Below, in pieces: positions 40,056 through 50,976 of a stretch of DNA of 64,000 nt. The stretch lies in NCBI GenBank assembly GCA_963767925.1, contig CAVYGB010000009.1:128001-192000 (forward strand). Direction: 5' to 3'. The translations under genes and the position numbers were made by a program. Source of the DNA: an uncultured delta proteobacterium. Its GTDB lineage: Bacteria; Myxococcota_A; Polyangia; Fen-1088. The notes beneath the pieces are model-generated. The model was not told where the DNA came from, did not search any database, and saw only the letters and a list, made by a program, of their open reading frames with translations. Numbering within the stretch: the first letter of the stretch is position 1; each line of letters begins with the position of its first letter.

Positions 40056-43000
40056 ATGGGTGTGTTCGGGTATGGTCGGCCGGGCGAGATCTACCGGGGC
40101 ACGCGCTACGTGGTGACGCGGCGAACCCGGGCCGGGCAGCAGGTGGTGGTGAAAGCGGTGCGGCCCGAGTGCCCCGATCTGGCCGGGGCCCGCGCGCGGC
40201 TGGATCACGAGCACGCGCTGCTCGTCGATCTGCGCCTGCCGGGCATCGTGCGGGTGGCGGGGCTCGAGGATGGGGACAGCGGGGCGGCCCTGGTGCTGGA
40301 GGACGCTGGCCAGCAGACCCTCGAGCAGTGGCAGGGCCGGCGGCCGCTGGCCCCCGAGCGGTTCCTGCCCATCGCCACCGGGCTGGCCGAGGCCCTCACC
40401 CGCCTGCACGACCGCCGCATCATCCACCGGGACATCAACCCCACCAACGTCGTCATCGGCGAGGGCGGGCGGGTCACTCTGATCGACTTCGACGCCGCCA
40501 GCGCGACCGACGGGCCCGCCGATCGCGGCGGGGTGCCGGCCCACCGGGGGACCGCCCTGGCCTACTGCTCGCCGGAGGAGACCGGGCGGGTGGGGCGCCT
40601 TGTCGACGGGCGCGCCGACCTGTATTCGCTGGGGGCGACCTTCTACGAGATGTTGACCGGGGCCCCGCCCTTCGTGACCCGCGACCCGGTCGAGCTGGTG
40701 CACGCCCACCTGGCCCGCTCGCCGCTGCCGCCCGCCCAGGCCAACCCGGCGGTGCCCGAGCTGCTGTCGGAGCTGGTGCTCAAGCTGCTGGCGAAGATGC
40801 CCGAGGCCCGCTACCAGAGCGCCGACGCGCTCCTGTGGGATCTGCGCGAGGCCGAGGCGCGCCTGCGCAGCGCCGGGGACATCGACCGCTTCGAGCTGGG
40901 GCTGGCCGACCTGGCGCGCGAGCTGGCCCTGCCCGAGACGCTGTACCAGCGCGAGCAGGAGCGGGCGGCCCTGCTGGGTGCCTGGGATCGCGCCGCCACC
41001 GGCGATCGAGGGGTGGTGGTGCTGGCGGGGCCCGCCGGGGTGGGCAAGTCGGCCCTGGCCGCCGAGCTGCGGGGGCCGGTCGGCCGCCGCAGCGGCCGGC
41101 TGCTCACCGGCAAGGCCGAGCTGCGCCGGAGCAGCACCCCCTACGCCCCGGTGGTGCAGGCCCTGCAGCAGCTCGCCGCCAGCCTGCACGCCCAGGCCGA
41201 GGCGGGGGAGGAGGGGGCGCGCACGGCCCGGCGGCTGCAAGAGGCGCTCGGCAGCAACACGCGCGTTGTCACCGACCTGTGCCCCGAGCTGGAGCCGCTG
41301 GCGGGGACGGCGCCGCCGCTGCCCGCGCTGGGGCCGATCGAGACCGAAAATCGCTTCTGCCTCACCCTGCGCGCCTTCGTGCAGGCGCTGGCCACCGCCG
41401 AGCGCCCGCTGGTGCTGCTGATAGAGGACCTGCAGTGGGTCGACCCCGCCTCCTTGCGCCTGCTGCGCGTGCTGGCCGATCGCCCGCACCTGCACCACCT
41501 GCTGCTGGTCGTGACCTGCCGGAGCGAGGAGGTGGGGTCCGAGCACCCGGCCCGCTCGACCCTCGAGGCCCTCCTCGCCGATGGCCCGCCCGCCGCGGTG
41601 GCCATCGAGCTGCCCGCTCTGACCGTCGAGGCGATCACCGCCTTCTGCGGCGCGGCCCTGCGCTGCGAGCCGGAGCGGGCCCGCCCGCTGGCCGAGCTGG
41701 TGCTGCGCAAGACGGGGGGCAATCCCTTCTTCGTGCGCCGGCTCCTGCGTTACCTGCACAAGGAGGATCTGCTCGGCTTCGATCGGGGGGCGGCGACCTG
41801 GAGCTGGGACCTGGCCCGGATCGAGAACGTCGGCGTCACCGACAACGTCGCCGGCGTGTTGCTGGCCACGCTGGCCCGGCTGCCGTTTGCCGTGCAGGTC
41901 GCGGTCCGCACCGTGGCCTGCCTGGGTCACCAGGCTCCCCTCGGCACGGTGGCGGCGGTGACCGGGCAGACCCGGGAGGCCACCGCGGGCGCGCTGCAGG
42001 TCGCGGTCAAGGAGGGGCTGCTGGTGGCGCTCGACGCCGAGGCGGGGCCCAGCGCGCCCGACGCCTCCTTCCAGTTCGTCCACGACCGGGTCCAGCAGGC
42101 GGCCTATTCGCTGCTGTCGGAGGCGGATCGGCGGGCGGTCCACCTGAGCGCCGGGCGGCAGCTCCTGCGCGAGCGGGCCGGCGGCCCCCTCGACGACCGC
42201 CTGTTCGCGGCGGTCGATCAGTTCGAGTCGGCGGCGCCGCTGGCCGACCCGGCCGAGCGGCTGGCGGTGGCCGAGCTGAACCTGCGGGCGGCCGATCGGG
42301 CCCGGGCCTCCTCGGCCTACGCCTCGGCCCTGGTCTATCTGCGCCGGGGGATCGCCCTGTTCCCCGCGGAGGCCACCCCCGAGCAGGCGGCGCTCGCCTT
42401 CACCTTGCACCGGGACGCCCTGGCCTGCGCCTGCCTGATCGCCGAGGGCGAGCAGGTGGACGAGCTGTTCCGGGCCGCGCTCGCCCTGGCCCGCAGCCCC
42501 GCCGACCAGGCGGAGCTGTACTGGATCCGGGCCCGGGATCGCATCACCGCCCTCGACAACCGCGACGCCCTGTACTGGGTGCAGGCGGGGCTGCGCCTGT
42601 TCGGGGCCGAGCTGCCCGAGGTGGCCCCGGGGGCAGCGCTCGGCGAGGAGCTGGCGGCCCTCGCCGCGGAGCTGTCCGGGCGCCGGGCCGACGACCTGCT
42701 CGCGGTGTCGGGTACGCCCGATCCCGATCACCGGGTGATCATGGACCTGCTGGCGACCGCCCTCACCGCGACCTACTTCGAGCGCCAGGACCTGTGGCCG
42801 GTGGTGCTGGCCCGCCTGGTGAGCCTCTCGCTGCGCCGGGGCCTGGCCCGCAGCTCGCCGTTCGCCTTCACCTGCTTCGGAGTGCTGCTCTCGCGACAGG
42901 GGAACTACCCGGCCGGGCTGCGGGTGGGCCGCCTGGCCATCGAGCTGGTCCAGCGCATGGGCGACCCGGTGGAGGAGTGCCGCACGGTCAACGTGTTCGT

Positions 43001-45659
43001 CTCCATCCTGAGCGCCTGGCTCGAGCCGCTCGACAGCCGCCTGCCCCTGCAGCGCGAGGTCCAGGTGCGGGGCCTGGCCGCCGGCGAGCTGACCTTCGGG
43101 TTCACCGCCTCGACAACCGTCGCCGTCTTCATGTTCCACCGGGGGGCCGAGCTGTCGCGGGTGCTGGCCGAGCTCGAGACCGGGATCGCCCTGGTGCGCA
43201 CCACCCGGATGACGGCCGAGCTGGAGATGCTGATCGGCTGCCAGCGCGTGGTCCACCACCTGACCGGGCTGTCCCCGGGCGGCGGCTGCGTCGAGCCGGA
43301 GGGGCAGCCCTGCCGGCACGTGACCCTCTGGCTGGCCAACGCCTACCTGTTCCGGGACTTCGCCGGGGCCCGGGGCCTGCTGGCGGCCTCGGAGGCCTCC
43401 CTGCCCACCGCGACCCGCTCGGTGACCATCGTCGACCACACCCTCTATGCCGCCCTCGTGCAGGCCGCCGGCTGGGAGGTGGCGGAGCCGGCCGAGCAGG
43501 CGCGGCTGCGCGCGGCCATCACCGCCGGCGAGCGGCAGCTCGCGGGCTGGGCCGCCGGCTGCCCGGAGAATTACCGGCAGAAGTGGCTGCTGCTGCAGGC
43601 CGAGCTGGCCCGCATCGAGCAGCGGCCGTTCGAGGCGGCCGAGCTTTACGACGAGGCGATCGAGACGGCCGGGCGGCAAGCGTTCCTGCGGGACGAGGCG
43701 CTGGCCGCCGAGCTGGCCGGGCGTTTTCACCGGGCCCAGGGGCGCAAGCGCTTCGCGGGCCTCTATCTCGGGCAGGCCCTCGAGGCCTACCTGCGCTGGG
43801 GCGCGCGGGCCAAGGCCGAGGCGCTGGAAGAGGAGTTCCCCGAGCTGCGGCAGGACCTGGGGAGCCCCGCCCCGGCGCGCGATCCGGATTGGGACGACGC
43901 CCGCGGGGCCGACCTGGATCTGGTGACCCTGCTGCGGGCGGCGGAGGCCATCGCCGGCGAGGTGGTGCTGAGCCGTCTGCTCGGCAAGCTGATGGAGGTC
44001 TGTCTGGCCACCGCGGGGGCCGAGCGCGGCGCCCTGGTCCTCGAGGAGGAGGGGGGACCGTTCGTGCGCGCGGTCGGCTCCATCTCCGACGGGGTCGCCC
44101 TCACGCGCGAGCCCGCCCTGTCCGGCCGCTACCTGCCCGCCGCGGTGGTCGAGCGGGCGCGCCGCGACGGCGAGACGGTGGTGCTGGCCGACGCCTCGGC
44201 CCACGAGGAGCTGGGCCAGGACCCCTACCTGGCGGCCGGGGCCATCCGCTCGGTGCTCGCCACCCCGATCGTGCGCCAGGCCAAGCGGGTGGGGGTGCTG
44301 TACCTGGAGAACAACCTCGCCACCCGGGTGTTCACCGCCGGGCGGGTGCAGATCCTGCAGCTCCTGTCGGCCCAGATCGCCATCGCCCTCGAGAACAGCC
44401 TCCTGTTCGAGGAGCTGACCCACGAGATCGAAGATCGGCAGCGGGCCGAGACGGCGCTCGGCTTCCTGGCCGAGGCGGGCGCCGCCCTCAGCGAGTCGCT
44501 CGACCACGAGCGCACGCTGGCCCGGCTGGCCCGCCTGGCCGTCTCCTTCCTGGCCGACTGGTGCGCGGTCGAGCTGTCGGGGCCGGTCCCGGGCCAGCGG
44601 GCCGCGGTGGCCCACCGGGACCCGGCCCGGGAGGTGGGCTTGCAGGGGCTGTTCCCCCGGCCGAAGGAGGAGGGGGCCCGCGAGGCCGTCCCGCGCACCT
44701 TCGAGACCAGCCGATCGGTGCTGTTCAGCGACCTCTCGGAGACGACGCTCGGCCAGTTCCTGCCCGACCCGGAGGTACGCGGACGCTTCAGGGCCCTCGG
44801 CGGGCGCAGCGGCATGATCCTCCCGCTGGTGGCTGGCGACCGGTGGCTGGGGGTGATCGCCCTGGTCTCGGACGATCCCGATCGCCGCTACGGCCCCAGG
44901 GAGCTGGCGCTGGCCGAGGAGCTGGCCCGCCGGGCGGCGGCGGCCATCGACAACGCCCGCCTGTACCGGGAGGCGCGTGAGGCGGTCCGGCTGCGCGACG
45001 AGTTCCTGTCGATCGCCTCGCACGAGCTGAACACCCCCATCGCCTCGCTGCAGCTCCTGGCCCAGGCGATCGAGCAGGGCGACCTCGATCCCACCCGGCC
45101 CACCATCACCGCCACCATGCGGATCATCTCCCGCCAGACCAAGCGGCTGGCCGGGCTGGTCAAGGAGCTGCTCGACGTCTCGCACATCCAGGGCAAGTGG
45201 CTGCACCTCGACCGGCAGCCGGTCGACCTCGGCGAGCTCGTGCAGGAGACGGTGGCCCGCTTCGCCGAGGACCTGCGGCGGGCCGGCTGCGCGCTAACCG
45301 CCGAGGTCGACGCCGGAGTGGTGGGGCGCTGGGACCGGGCCCGCCTCGACCAGGTGATCACCAACCTCCTCGGCAACGCGGTGAAGTTCGCCCCCGGCAA
45401 GACGATCGAGATCGAGGCCCGGGCCCGGGGCGGCAAGGCCCACCTGGCGGTGCGCGACCACGGCATCGGCATCCCCCAGGAGCGCATCCCCCACATCTTC
45501 GGGCGCTTCGAGCGCGCGGTGTCGGCCGCCCACTACGGCGGCCTCGGCCTGGGCCTGTACATCGTCCACGAGATCGTCGTGGCCCACGGGGGGACGGTGG
45601 CGGTGCAGAGCGCCGAGGGCAGCGGCTCGACCTTTTCGGTAGAGCTGCCGCTGGCCTGA
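40056..45659 (+). CDS. trifunctional Ser/Thr kinase - AAA ATPase - GAF-GAF - histidine kinase
   Basis: HRDINPTN, YCSPE, GPAGVGKS, EDLQWVD, KTGGNPFF, FVHDRVQ, LYLENN, SHELNTP, GLGLGLYI. Confidence 0.95.
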   Translation: MGVFGYGRPGEIYRGTRYVVTRRTRAGQQVVVKAVRPECPDLAGARARLDHEHALLVDLRLPGIVRVAGLEDGDSGAALVLEDAGQQTLEQWQGRRPLAPERFLPIATGLAEALTRLHDRRIIHRDINPTNVVIGEGGRVTLIDFDAASATDGPADRGGVPAHRGTALAYCSPEETGRVGRLVDGRADLYSLGATFYEMLTGAPPFVTRDPVELVHAHLARSPLPPAQANPAVPELLSELVLKLLAKMPEARYQSADALLWDLREAEARLRSAGDIDRFELGLADLARELALPETLYQREQERAALLGAWDRAATGDRGVVVLAGPAGVGKSALAAELRGPVGRRSGRLLTGKAELRRSSTPYAPVVQALQQLAASLHAQAEAGEEGARTARRLQEALGSNTRVVTDLCPELEPLAGTAPPLPALGPIETENRFCLTLRAFVQALATAERPLVLLIEDLQWVDPASLRLLRVLADRPHLHHLLLVVTCRSEEVGSEHPARSTLEALLADGPPAAVAIELPALTVEAITAFCGAALRCEPERARPLAELVLRKTGGNPFFVRRLLRYLHKEDLLGFDRGAATWSWDLARIENVGVTDNVAGVLLATLARLPFAVQVAVRTVACLGHQAPLGTVAAVTGQTREATAGALQVAVKEGLLVALDAEAGPSAPDASFQFVHDRVQQAAYSLLSEADRRAVHLSAGRQLLRERAGGPLDDRLFAAVDQFESAAPLADPAERLAVAELNLRAADRARASSAYASALVYLRRGIALFPAEATPEQAALAFTLHRDALACACLIAEGEQVDELFRAALALARSPADQAELYWIRARDRITALDNRDALYWVQAGLRLFGAELPEVAPGAALGEELAALAAELSGRRADDLLAVSGTPDPDHRVIMDLLATALTATYFERQDLWPVVLARLVSLSLRRGLARSSPFAFTCFGVLLSRQGNYPAGLRVGRLAIELVQRMGDPVEECRTVNVFVSILSAWLEPLDSRLPLQREVQVRGLAAGELTFGFTASTTVAVFMFHRGAELSRVLAELETGIALVRTTRMTAELEMLIGCQRVVHHLTGLSPGGGCVEPEGQPCRHVTLWLANAYLFRDFAGARGLLAASEASLPTATRSVTIVDHTLYAALVQAAGWEVAEPAEQARLRAAITAGERQLAGWAAGCPENYRQKWLLLQAELARIEQRPFEAAELYDEAIETAGRQAFLRDEALAAELAGRFHRAQGRKRFAGLYLGQALEAYLRWGARAKAEALEEEFPELRQDLGSPAPARDPDWDDARGADLDLVTLLRAAEAIAGEVVLSRLLGKLMEVCLATAGAERGALVLEEEGGPFVRAVGSISDGVALTREPALSGRYLPAAVVERARRDGETVVLADASAHEELGQDPYLAAGAIRSVLATPIVRQAKRVGVLYLENNLATRVFTAGRVQILQLLSAQIAIALENSLLFEELTHEIEDRQRAETALGFLAEAGAALSESLDHERTLARLARLAVSFLADWCAVELSGPVPGQRAAVAHRDPAREVGLQGLFPRPKEEGAREAVPRTFETSRSVLFSDLSETTLGQFLPDPEVRGRFRALGGRSGMILPLVAGDRWLGVIALVSDDPDRRYGPRELALAEELARRAAAAIDNARLYREAREAVRLRDEFLSIASHELNTPIASLQLLAQAIEQGDLDPTRPTITATMRIISRQTKRLAGLVKELLDVSHIQGKWLHLDRQPVDLGELVQETVARFAEDLRRAGCALTAEVDAGVVGRWDRARLDQVITNLLGNAVKFAPGKTIEIEARARGGKAHLAVRDHGIGIPQERIPHIFGRFERAVSAAHYGGLGLGLYIVHEIVVAHGGTVAVQSAEGSGSTFSVELPLA

Positions 45660-45678
45660 GCAGCGGAATACGGACACT

Positions 45679-45750
45679 GGCCCCATGGTCTAGCGGTCAG
45701 GACGGCGCCCTCTCACGGCGCACTCCCGGGTTCGATTCCCGGTGGGGTCA
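45679..45750 (+). tRNA. tRNA-Glu (anticodon CUC), CCA not encoded
   Basis: acceptor GGCCCCA/TGGGGTC+A; D arm GTC..GAC; anticodon arm GCGCC-CTCTCAC-GGCGC; T arm CCGGG-TTCGATT-CCCGG. Confidence 0.95.
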
Positions 45751-47408
45751 CGCGCAAAGGTACACCTGCTTCTAGGTGCGCCGTCCCGTGGATCGCCCAG
45801 ACCTTGCGGCCGTCGGCCACGGTCGGGCGGAAGCTGAGCGAACCAGGTGGGAAGAGGGCCTGGATCGCCTCCCGCGTCCCGGCGCGGTCGGTGGCGAGAG
45901 CCTGGCGAAGCGAGGCCAGCTTCTGGCGGGCGGAGGTTTGCGCCTGGGCGAGGAACTCGCGGCGCACCTGGGGGAGGCGCCCTGCCACGGCCAGGTCGGC
46001 CTCGATCTGCTTGATGCGGGTCGATCGGCGCTGCAGCTCGGCGACCAGCTCGCTGACGTCAGGAGCGGCCGCCAGGGCAGCCGCGTACTTCTTCTGCTCA
46101 ACGCGGAGCTGTACGAGCTCGGTTTCCAGCGCTGTCGATTCGCTTGGCGCCGCCACGGCGCGCTCGATCTCCGCGGTGACGTCGGCGACGATGCGGTCGA
46201 CGACCTCCTCAGTGAGCACGGTCGCGCACATGTAGCGGACGAGCGCCCCCTCCACCTCGTCCACCGGCTGGCAAATCGTCACGGGGCAGACGGCCTCGCC
46301 GCGCTTGTGGTGCCAACCGCACGCGTACGCCGTCACCCGGCCGCGGCTGGTCTTCGTGTTCCGCGTGCTGATCCCGCCACCGCAGTGATCACACTTCCCG
46401 ATCCCGGCGAGCGCGTGCTTCGCGCCGCGCCCGACCTGGTATGTGCGGGCGCCCCGGTTCGGAAGCTCCGCCTGCACGGCCTCCCAGGTCGCGTCGTCGA
46501 TGATCCGCCACTCGGCGACGGGCACCCGCATCACGTGGGCGGGATCGGCGACCTGGGCACTCCGCTTGCCGCCGCGCTTGATCCGGTCCTTGCGTCCGTG
46601 GACGTAGAACCCGATGTACCGTTCACGGCGGAGGATATCGCGGACGGTGCTGGGGTCCCAGGAGCGTGTGCCGCGACGACCACGACCGGGTGACGGAATC
46701 CCTCGGCGGTTGAGGTCCTCAGTCGTTCGCTTCAGACCCCAGCCCTCGAGGCACATGCGAAAGATCCATCGGACGACCTCCGCCTCGCCCTCGTCGACCA
46801 CGGCCGCGGTGTACTGGCGGCCGCTCGGGTCCGACCTGCGCTCGTTCCTGTACCCGAAGCAGGGTGCCGCCAGCGATCCGGCCAGCCCGCACCCGCTGAC
46901 GGAGCGCCTCTCGCGTCCGGGAGCGGATGGCTTCCAGCTCCATCTGGGCGCCCACGCCTTGGATGAAGGTCATCGCCGCGTCGATCGCGGTCTGGAAGGC
47001 AACCTCCTGGCCGGAGCTGTAGTAGAAAAGTCGCGCGCGGCGATCGCGGACCAGCTCTCGGACCGTGACCGCCGAGTCGATCGCGTCGCGCCCGAGCCGA
47101 AAGTGGTCCCGGCAGACCACTACGTCGCCCGGGCCAACCTCCGCCAGCAACTTGCGAAGCGCCACACGCCCGGCGAAATCGTCGCCGGCGATACCATCGT
47201 CGACGTAGTCATGGACTCCCTCCCAGAGAACGGGAGACTCGCGGCGGCGGAGCCCCTCCGCGAAGCGGAGCGCACCTTCGCGCTGGGTGTCGATGCTGAA
47301 CTCCTGGCCCTCCTTCTCGGACCGGCGCAGGAGGATCCGAAGCGCCGGCTGGGACCGGACGAGCTTGAGATTCGAGTTGCGAGAACCGGGGCCGCTCGGG
47401 GAGGGCAT
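45713..47408 (-). CDS. large serine recombinase (resolvase + recombinase + Zn-ribbon + coiled coil), +1 frameshift near 46864
   Basis: LLRRS..Q..SI..Q, DDGIAG, FRLGR, ELEAIRSRT, FGYRN, LN.RGIPSP...W....VR.IL..ERY.G, GKCDHCGG...YAC...C; 3' end runs antisense into the tRNA. Confidence 0.88.
45738..45766. other. attL of the serine-recombinase island (tRNA 3' end plus island arm)
   Basis: core CCCGGTGGGGTCAC repeated at 54404; arm CGCAAAGGTACACC is the reverse complement of 54385-54398. Confidence 0.88.
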
Positions 47409-47440
47409 GGTCGCCAGATTGCCAGAGTCGCCGGGCAGGA

Positions 47441-47554
47441 TCAGCGCCCTTCGCGCAGCTCGTGCAGGATCTGTCTTGCCAGGACGCGGGCCAGCGCGCG
47501 CGCTACCTCCACCTTCGCCTCATCGCTAGGCTCTGGGAGTTGAAGGATGGGCAT
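47441..47554 (-). CDS. 37-aa helical peptide immediately upstream of the recombinase
   Basis: MPILQLPEPSDEAKVEVARALARVLARQILHELREGR preceded by an AAGGGA RBS-like sequence. Confidence 0.45.
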   Translation of the reverse strand: MPILQLPEPSDEAKVEVARALARVLARQILHELREGR

Positions 47555-48065
47555 TGGGGCTACGTCCCTTGGAGGCGACCTCTTCCAGAGCACCGCCATC
47601 GATGATGAAGGCACGAAGGGAACTGCCGTCTCGGTCCAGGGCGACGTTGCCGGTGTGAAGGTCCCCGTGGCAGCTTCGCCTCTCGATCCAGACAGGCCTT
47701 TCGAGTGAAGCCAGCCGTTGGAAGACGTCGGCCGGCTGGAGTCCGGATCCACTCGATCCCCACTTGCGAGCAACCTCCAGCAGGCCGGCATGCCTGTCCA
47801 GTCGCGCGGGCGACCACAGGAGAGATCGTAATGGCACCTCCTGTGGGGCGGAGCTCGGAAAGGACCGCAGCTGTGTCGCGATATCCGCCGCGATTTGTGG
47901 GGCAGCTGCCACGACGGCCTCCGGCGGGGAGCGCAGGAGCTCCGCGATGGAGACGGGCGGGTTCTCGGACGGACCCGCCTTGCCGGTGACCAGCAGCGAG
48001 GTCGTGCCGGAGGCCCAGCGGCCGATGACCTTGATGTGGTGGAGTTTGCTGTCCAGACGGACGGC
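47526..48065 (-). pseudogene. APH/choline-kinase-like phosphotransferase fragment
   Basis: CHGDLHTGNV...FIID motif, truncated just after it; no clear N-terminus. Confidence 0.55.
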
Positions 48066-48148
48066 CGAGGCACTACCTGGTCCAGTTTCGCCAGCTGCTG
48101 AGCGCCACCCAGGACAGCCGCAGGACGCTGCTGGCCGCGTACGCCGGA

Positions 48149-48488
48149 TTGAAGGATTGGCGCAACCTGGGCTGGGTCGACACGCTGGACCTGGTTCACG
48201 CTCCCTGGTTCGACGGCATCGACGGGATCGATGACCTGCGCATGGCCGCAGATCTGACCGCACTCAACGTCGAGCAGGCGCAGAAGGTGTTCGGAGAGCT
48301 GAAGGAGCTTGACCAGCTGGAGCAGCATCCCCGGTACCGCCGCGACGGGTGGTTCCGCACCAAAGTGGACTCCATCCGACGGATTGCACGTCGCGCCCGA
48401 TCACACCGCATGGCGATTCTCAGGCAGATGCAGCTCCAGAACCAGGCCTTGAGCAAGGACGTGGCCAAGATCCGTCGCCTCCGCGACC
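48149..48488 (+). pseudogene. fragment of an unknown helical protein abutting the radical SAM remnant
   Basis: coding-like GC3 up to ~48488, then an abrupt switch to another frame. Confidence 0.35.
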
Positions 48489-48489
48489 G

Positions 48490-49335
48490 ATCGTCTCCAA
48501 TGCCAAGTTCGGCTCCACTCAGGACAAGGCGAAGCGGATCCAGGGCTCCTGGCGGGAAGCGGGGCTGTGTGAAGTCAATTTCAGCTGCGGCGAGTTTCAC
48601 CAGGAGTTCGTCCCCATCGAACACGTGGCCAACGCCTATCGAGCGGCCTGCGAGCTGGGATTCAAGACCGTCCTGCTGGCCGGAAACTTCCTGGCGCCGG
48701 GGCGCGGAAAGCTGGACCGCCGGATGTTCGAGGAGGCCGTTGGACGCCCGCTCATCGATGTACAGGACATGAGCCCGTACAGCGGATATTCGCACGGGAT
48801 GTCCGTCTCCGAATCGATGCCCTATGGGCGCGGGCGCGAGTTCGTGAATCCAGGGGACATCACCTTCCATCCGGTGGACAAGATTCCCAGTTGCTGCGAC
48901 CACATCCTGGTTGGCATCACCGCCCACCCCAACGGAAACACCACGGCTTGCTGCGGGATCATGGTCCGCCAGGAGTCGCTCCTGAACATCGGAAACTGGC
49001 GGCAGCAGACCCTGGCTGAAATTGTCGGACGCGCCCACCAGGATTTCGTGCTCAACTGGATCAAGTATCGCGGCCTGCGCGAGATGAAGACCTGGCTGGA
49101 GGCGCAGGATCCGGGTCTGAAATTTCGCAAGGAATATCAGAACATCTGCGATCTGTGCGCGGAGATCGTCTATAACCCGCGGGCTCAGGCGTTGCTGGCG
49201 AAGGGCGACGAGGAGATGCGCAAGCAGATCGTCGCCACCAAGGTGGTGACGGACGCAGTCCTCAATGCGCCTGACTTCAAGTATGAACCGTCGCGCGACC
49301 CGCTGGGACCGCCTCATGCTGAATCTCACGGATGA
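48490..49335 (+). pseudogene. radical SAM / SPASM-twitch protein (YydG/EpeE-like) lacking the N-terminal CxxxCxxC
   Basis: IVSNA.F...GL.EV.FS..EFHQEFVP.EHV.NA; CCDH...HPNG...ACCG...IGN; ICDLC. Confidence 0.7.
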
Positions 49336-50482
49336 GCGGGCCATCCGGTCGCTGCGGGAATTCCTGCGCGAAGTCGGTTATGGCCCCGCCAGCCGGGTCT
49401 TCGCAGCGGCGAACGACGACCTGGTGTTCCCGCCGTTCCGGGAATTGCAGACCCTCCTCAAGGCGGCGAGCCCCTTCCACCGACTTCTGTTGAGTGTCCT
49501 GCGGCTGGGCCACGCGGCCTCGGAGAACCAGCTGGTGCGGGCCTTTGGCCGGGAAAACCTGGACCTGCTGCTGGGGCTCAACCTGCTGGTCGCCGACGAA
49601 CGCGGCGAGTTTCACACGCCCAGCCTGGCTCTCGTGGAGACGGCCGGCCTGAGCCTCGTCGTGAGCCTGCCCGCACACTATCCGACCGGCACCGTGCGAC
49701 AGCAGCCGGTCCACCTGGGTCCGGAAGCAAACTTTCTCGCTCGATCGCTCCCCGCTTCGCTCCAGGGCCAGGATGTGCTCGACGCCTGCAGCGGCGCCGG
49801 CCTGCAGAGCCTGATCTGCGCGTCGCGGGGGGCACGCCGGGTCGTCGGTCTCGACCGATCGCCGCTGGCGGTCAACTTTGCCCAATTCAACGCCCTGCTC
49901 AACGGCTTCGGGAAGACCGTCGAGTTCCGACAGTCGGACGTGCTTTCTGCTCTGGATCCTTCGGAGCGGTTCGACTACGCCGTCTCGCTGCCACCATTCT
50001 TGCCCCTGGCGGACCTCCTGGAGACCGCCACCCGGGCCGCCGACGGGACTGCAGTACTGGCGCCGGTCCTCGAGCAGCTGCCCCGCCATCTGGCAGAGGG
50101 TGCGGCCGGCCTCATCTACTGTCAGGCGTTCGGGGATCAACATCGCATCTTCCTCCATGACCGGTGCAAGTCGGGTCTGAAGGCGGCAGGTGTTGAGGTC
50201 ACCGCATTCGTGCTGGCGAAGCTGCCGCTGCGGATACATTCCGATCGGGTGCTCGACACCCTGCGGCGCGCCGCCTTCGACGTGACCCGGGAAGACCGGG
50301 AACGAGCCGCCGCAACCTGGACCGCTCAGATGCAGGACGCGGGAGTCGAATTCGTCTACAGCGAGCTCCTCGACCTTCGGCGTACCCACGCCGAGCCGAC
50401 CTTCTCGCAGGTCCCGGTCTACGACGCCAAGATGACAGATCCTCTGGTGACCGCGGTCAAGATGAATCGCATGGCGGTATGA
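49316..50482 (+). CDS. class I SAM-dependent methyltransferase (HemK-like)
   Basis: VLDACSGAG, GLDRSPLAV, NALLNG, FDYAVSLPPF (NPPF variant); overlaps the rSAM stop. Confidence 0.85.
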   Translation: MLNLTDERAIRSLREFLREVGYGPASRVFAAANDDLVFPPFRELQTLLKAASPFHRLLLSVLRLGHAASENQLVRAFGRENLDLLLGLNLLVADERGEFHTPSLALVETAGLSLVVSLPAHYPTGTVRQQPVHLGPEANFLARSLPASLQGQDVLDACSGAGLQSLICASRGARRVVGLDRSPLAVNFAQFNALLNGFGKTVEFRQSDVLSALDPSERFDYAVSLPPFLPLADLLETATRAADGTAVLAPVLEQLPRHLAEGAAGLIYCQAFGDQHRIFLHDRCKSGLKAAGVEVTAFVLAKLPLRIHSDRVLDTLRRAAFDVTREDRERAAATWTAQMQDAGVEFVYSELLDLRRTHAEPTFSQVPVYDAKMTDPLVTAVKMNRMAV

Positions 50483-50496
50483 AGCGAAGTCCGAAA

Positions 50497-50969
50497 TGGT
50501 GTCCGACATGATCTCCGAAAAAGCGTCGAGCCACGATCGCCCTCTGCACCACAACGCGGTCCACGTTGGCCGCCGCGTCGGCGCCGCCATCATCACGGCG
50601 GGTTTGCTGGTGGCGAGCATCGCCGTGGCGTACGACAGCCGGAATCCTGCTCATCTGATCGGACTTCTGCTTCCCGCCACCGTGTTCGCGCTGAGCTGGC
50701 CCACCATCTGGCGCTCGAGCCGGGTTTTTGCCTCGGATCTGGGGCTGCGGATCGAATCCGGCGGCGAAAGCCGATTCGTTCCCTGGCAGTCGGTCACGGG
50801 CGTCGCCGTACCCTCCTGGGTGATCAATCCGGTTGCCTGGTTCGAGCCCCGGGCTATCACCTTGCGTGACGGCTCGCGCGTGCTGTTTTTCCCGGCGCCT
50901 GGCGCGGTGGCCCTGGTGAACGCCCGGGTGCAGGCCGAGCCGGGCACCCCGGAACGAAGCCGGGCCTGA
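50497..50969 (+). CDS. small membrane protein (two TM helices plus PH-like domain)
   Basis: two hydrophobic segments followed by GLRI......RFVPW.SV. Confidence 0.6.
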
Positions 50970-50976
50970 AGACGTC

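Noticed and set aside
39927..45206. 1759-aa antisense ORF and other long shadow ORFs (e.g. 9855-12233, 57067-59631, 1968-4331)
   Set aside because: Expected stop-poor antisense or alternate frames of real genes in very high-GC DNA; no recognisable motifs.
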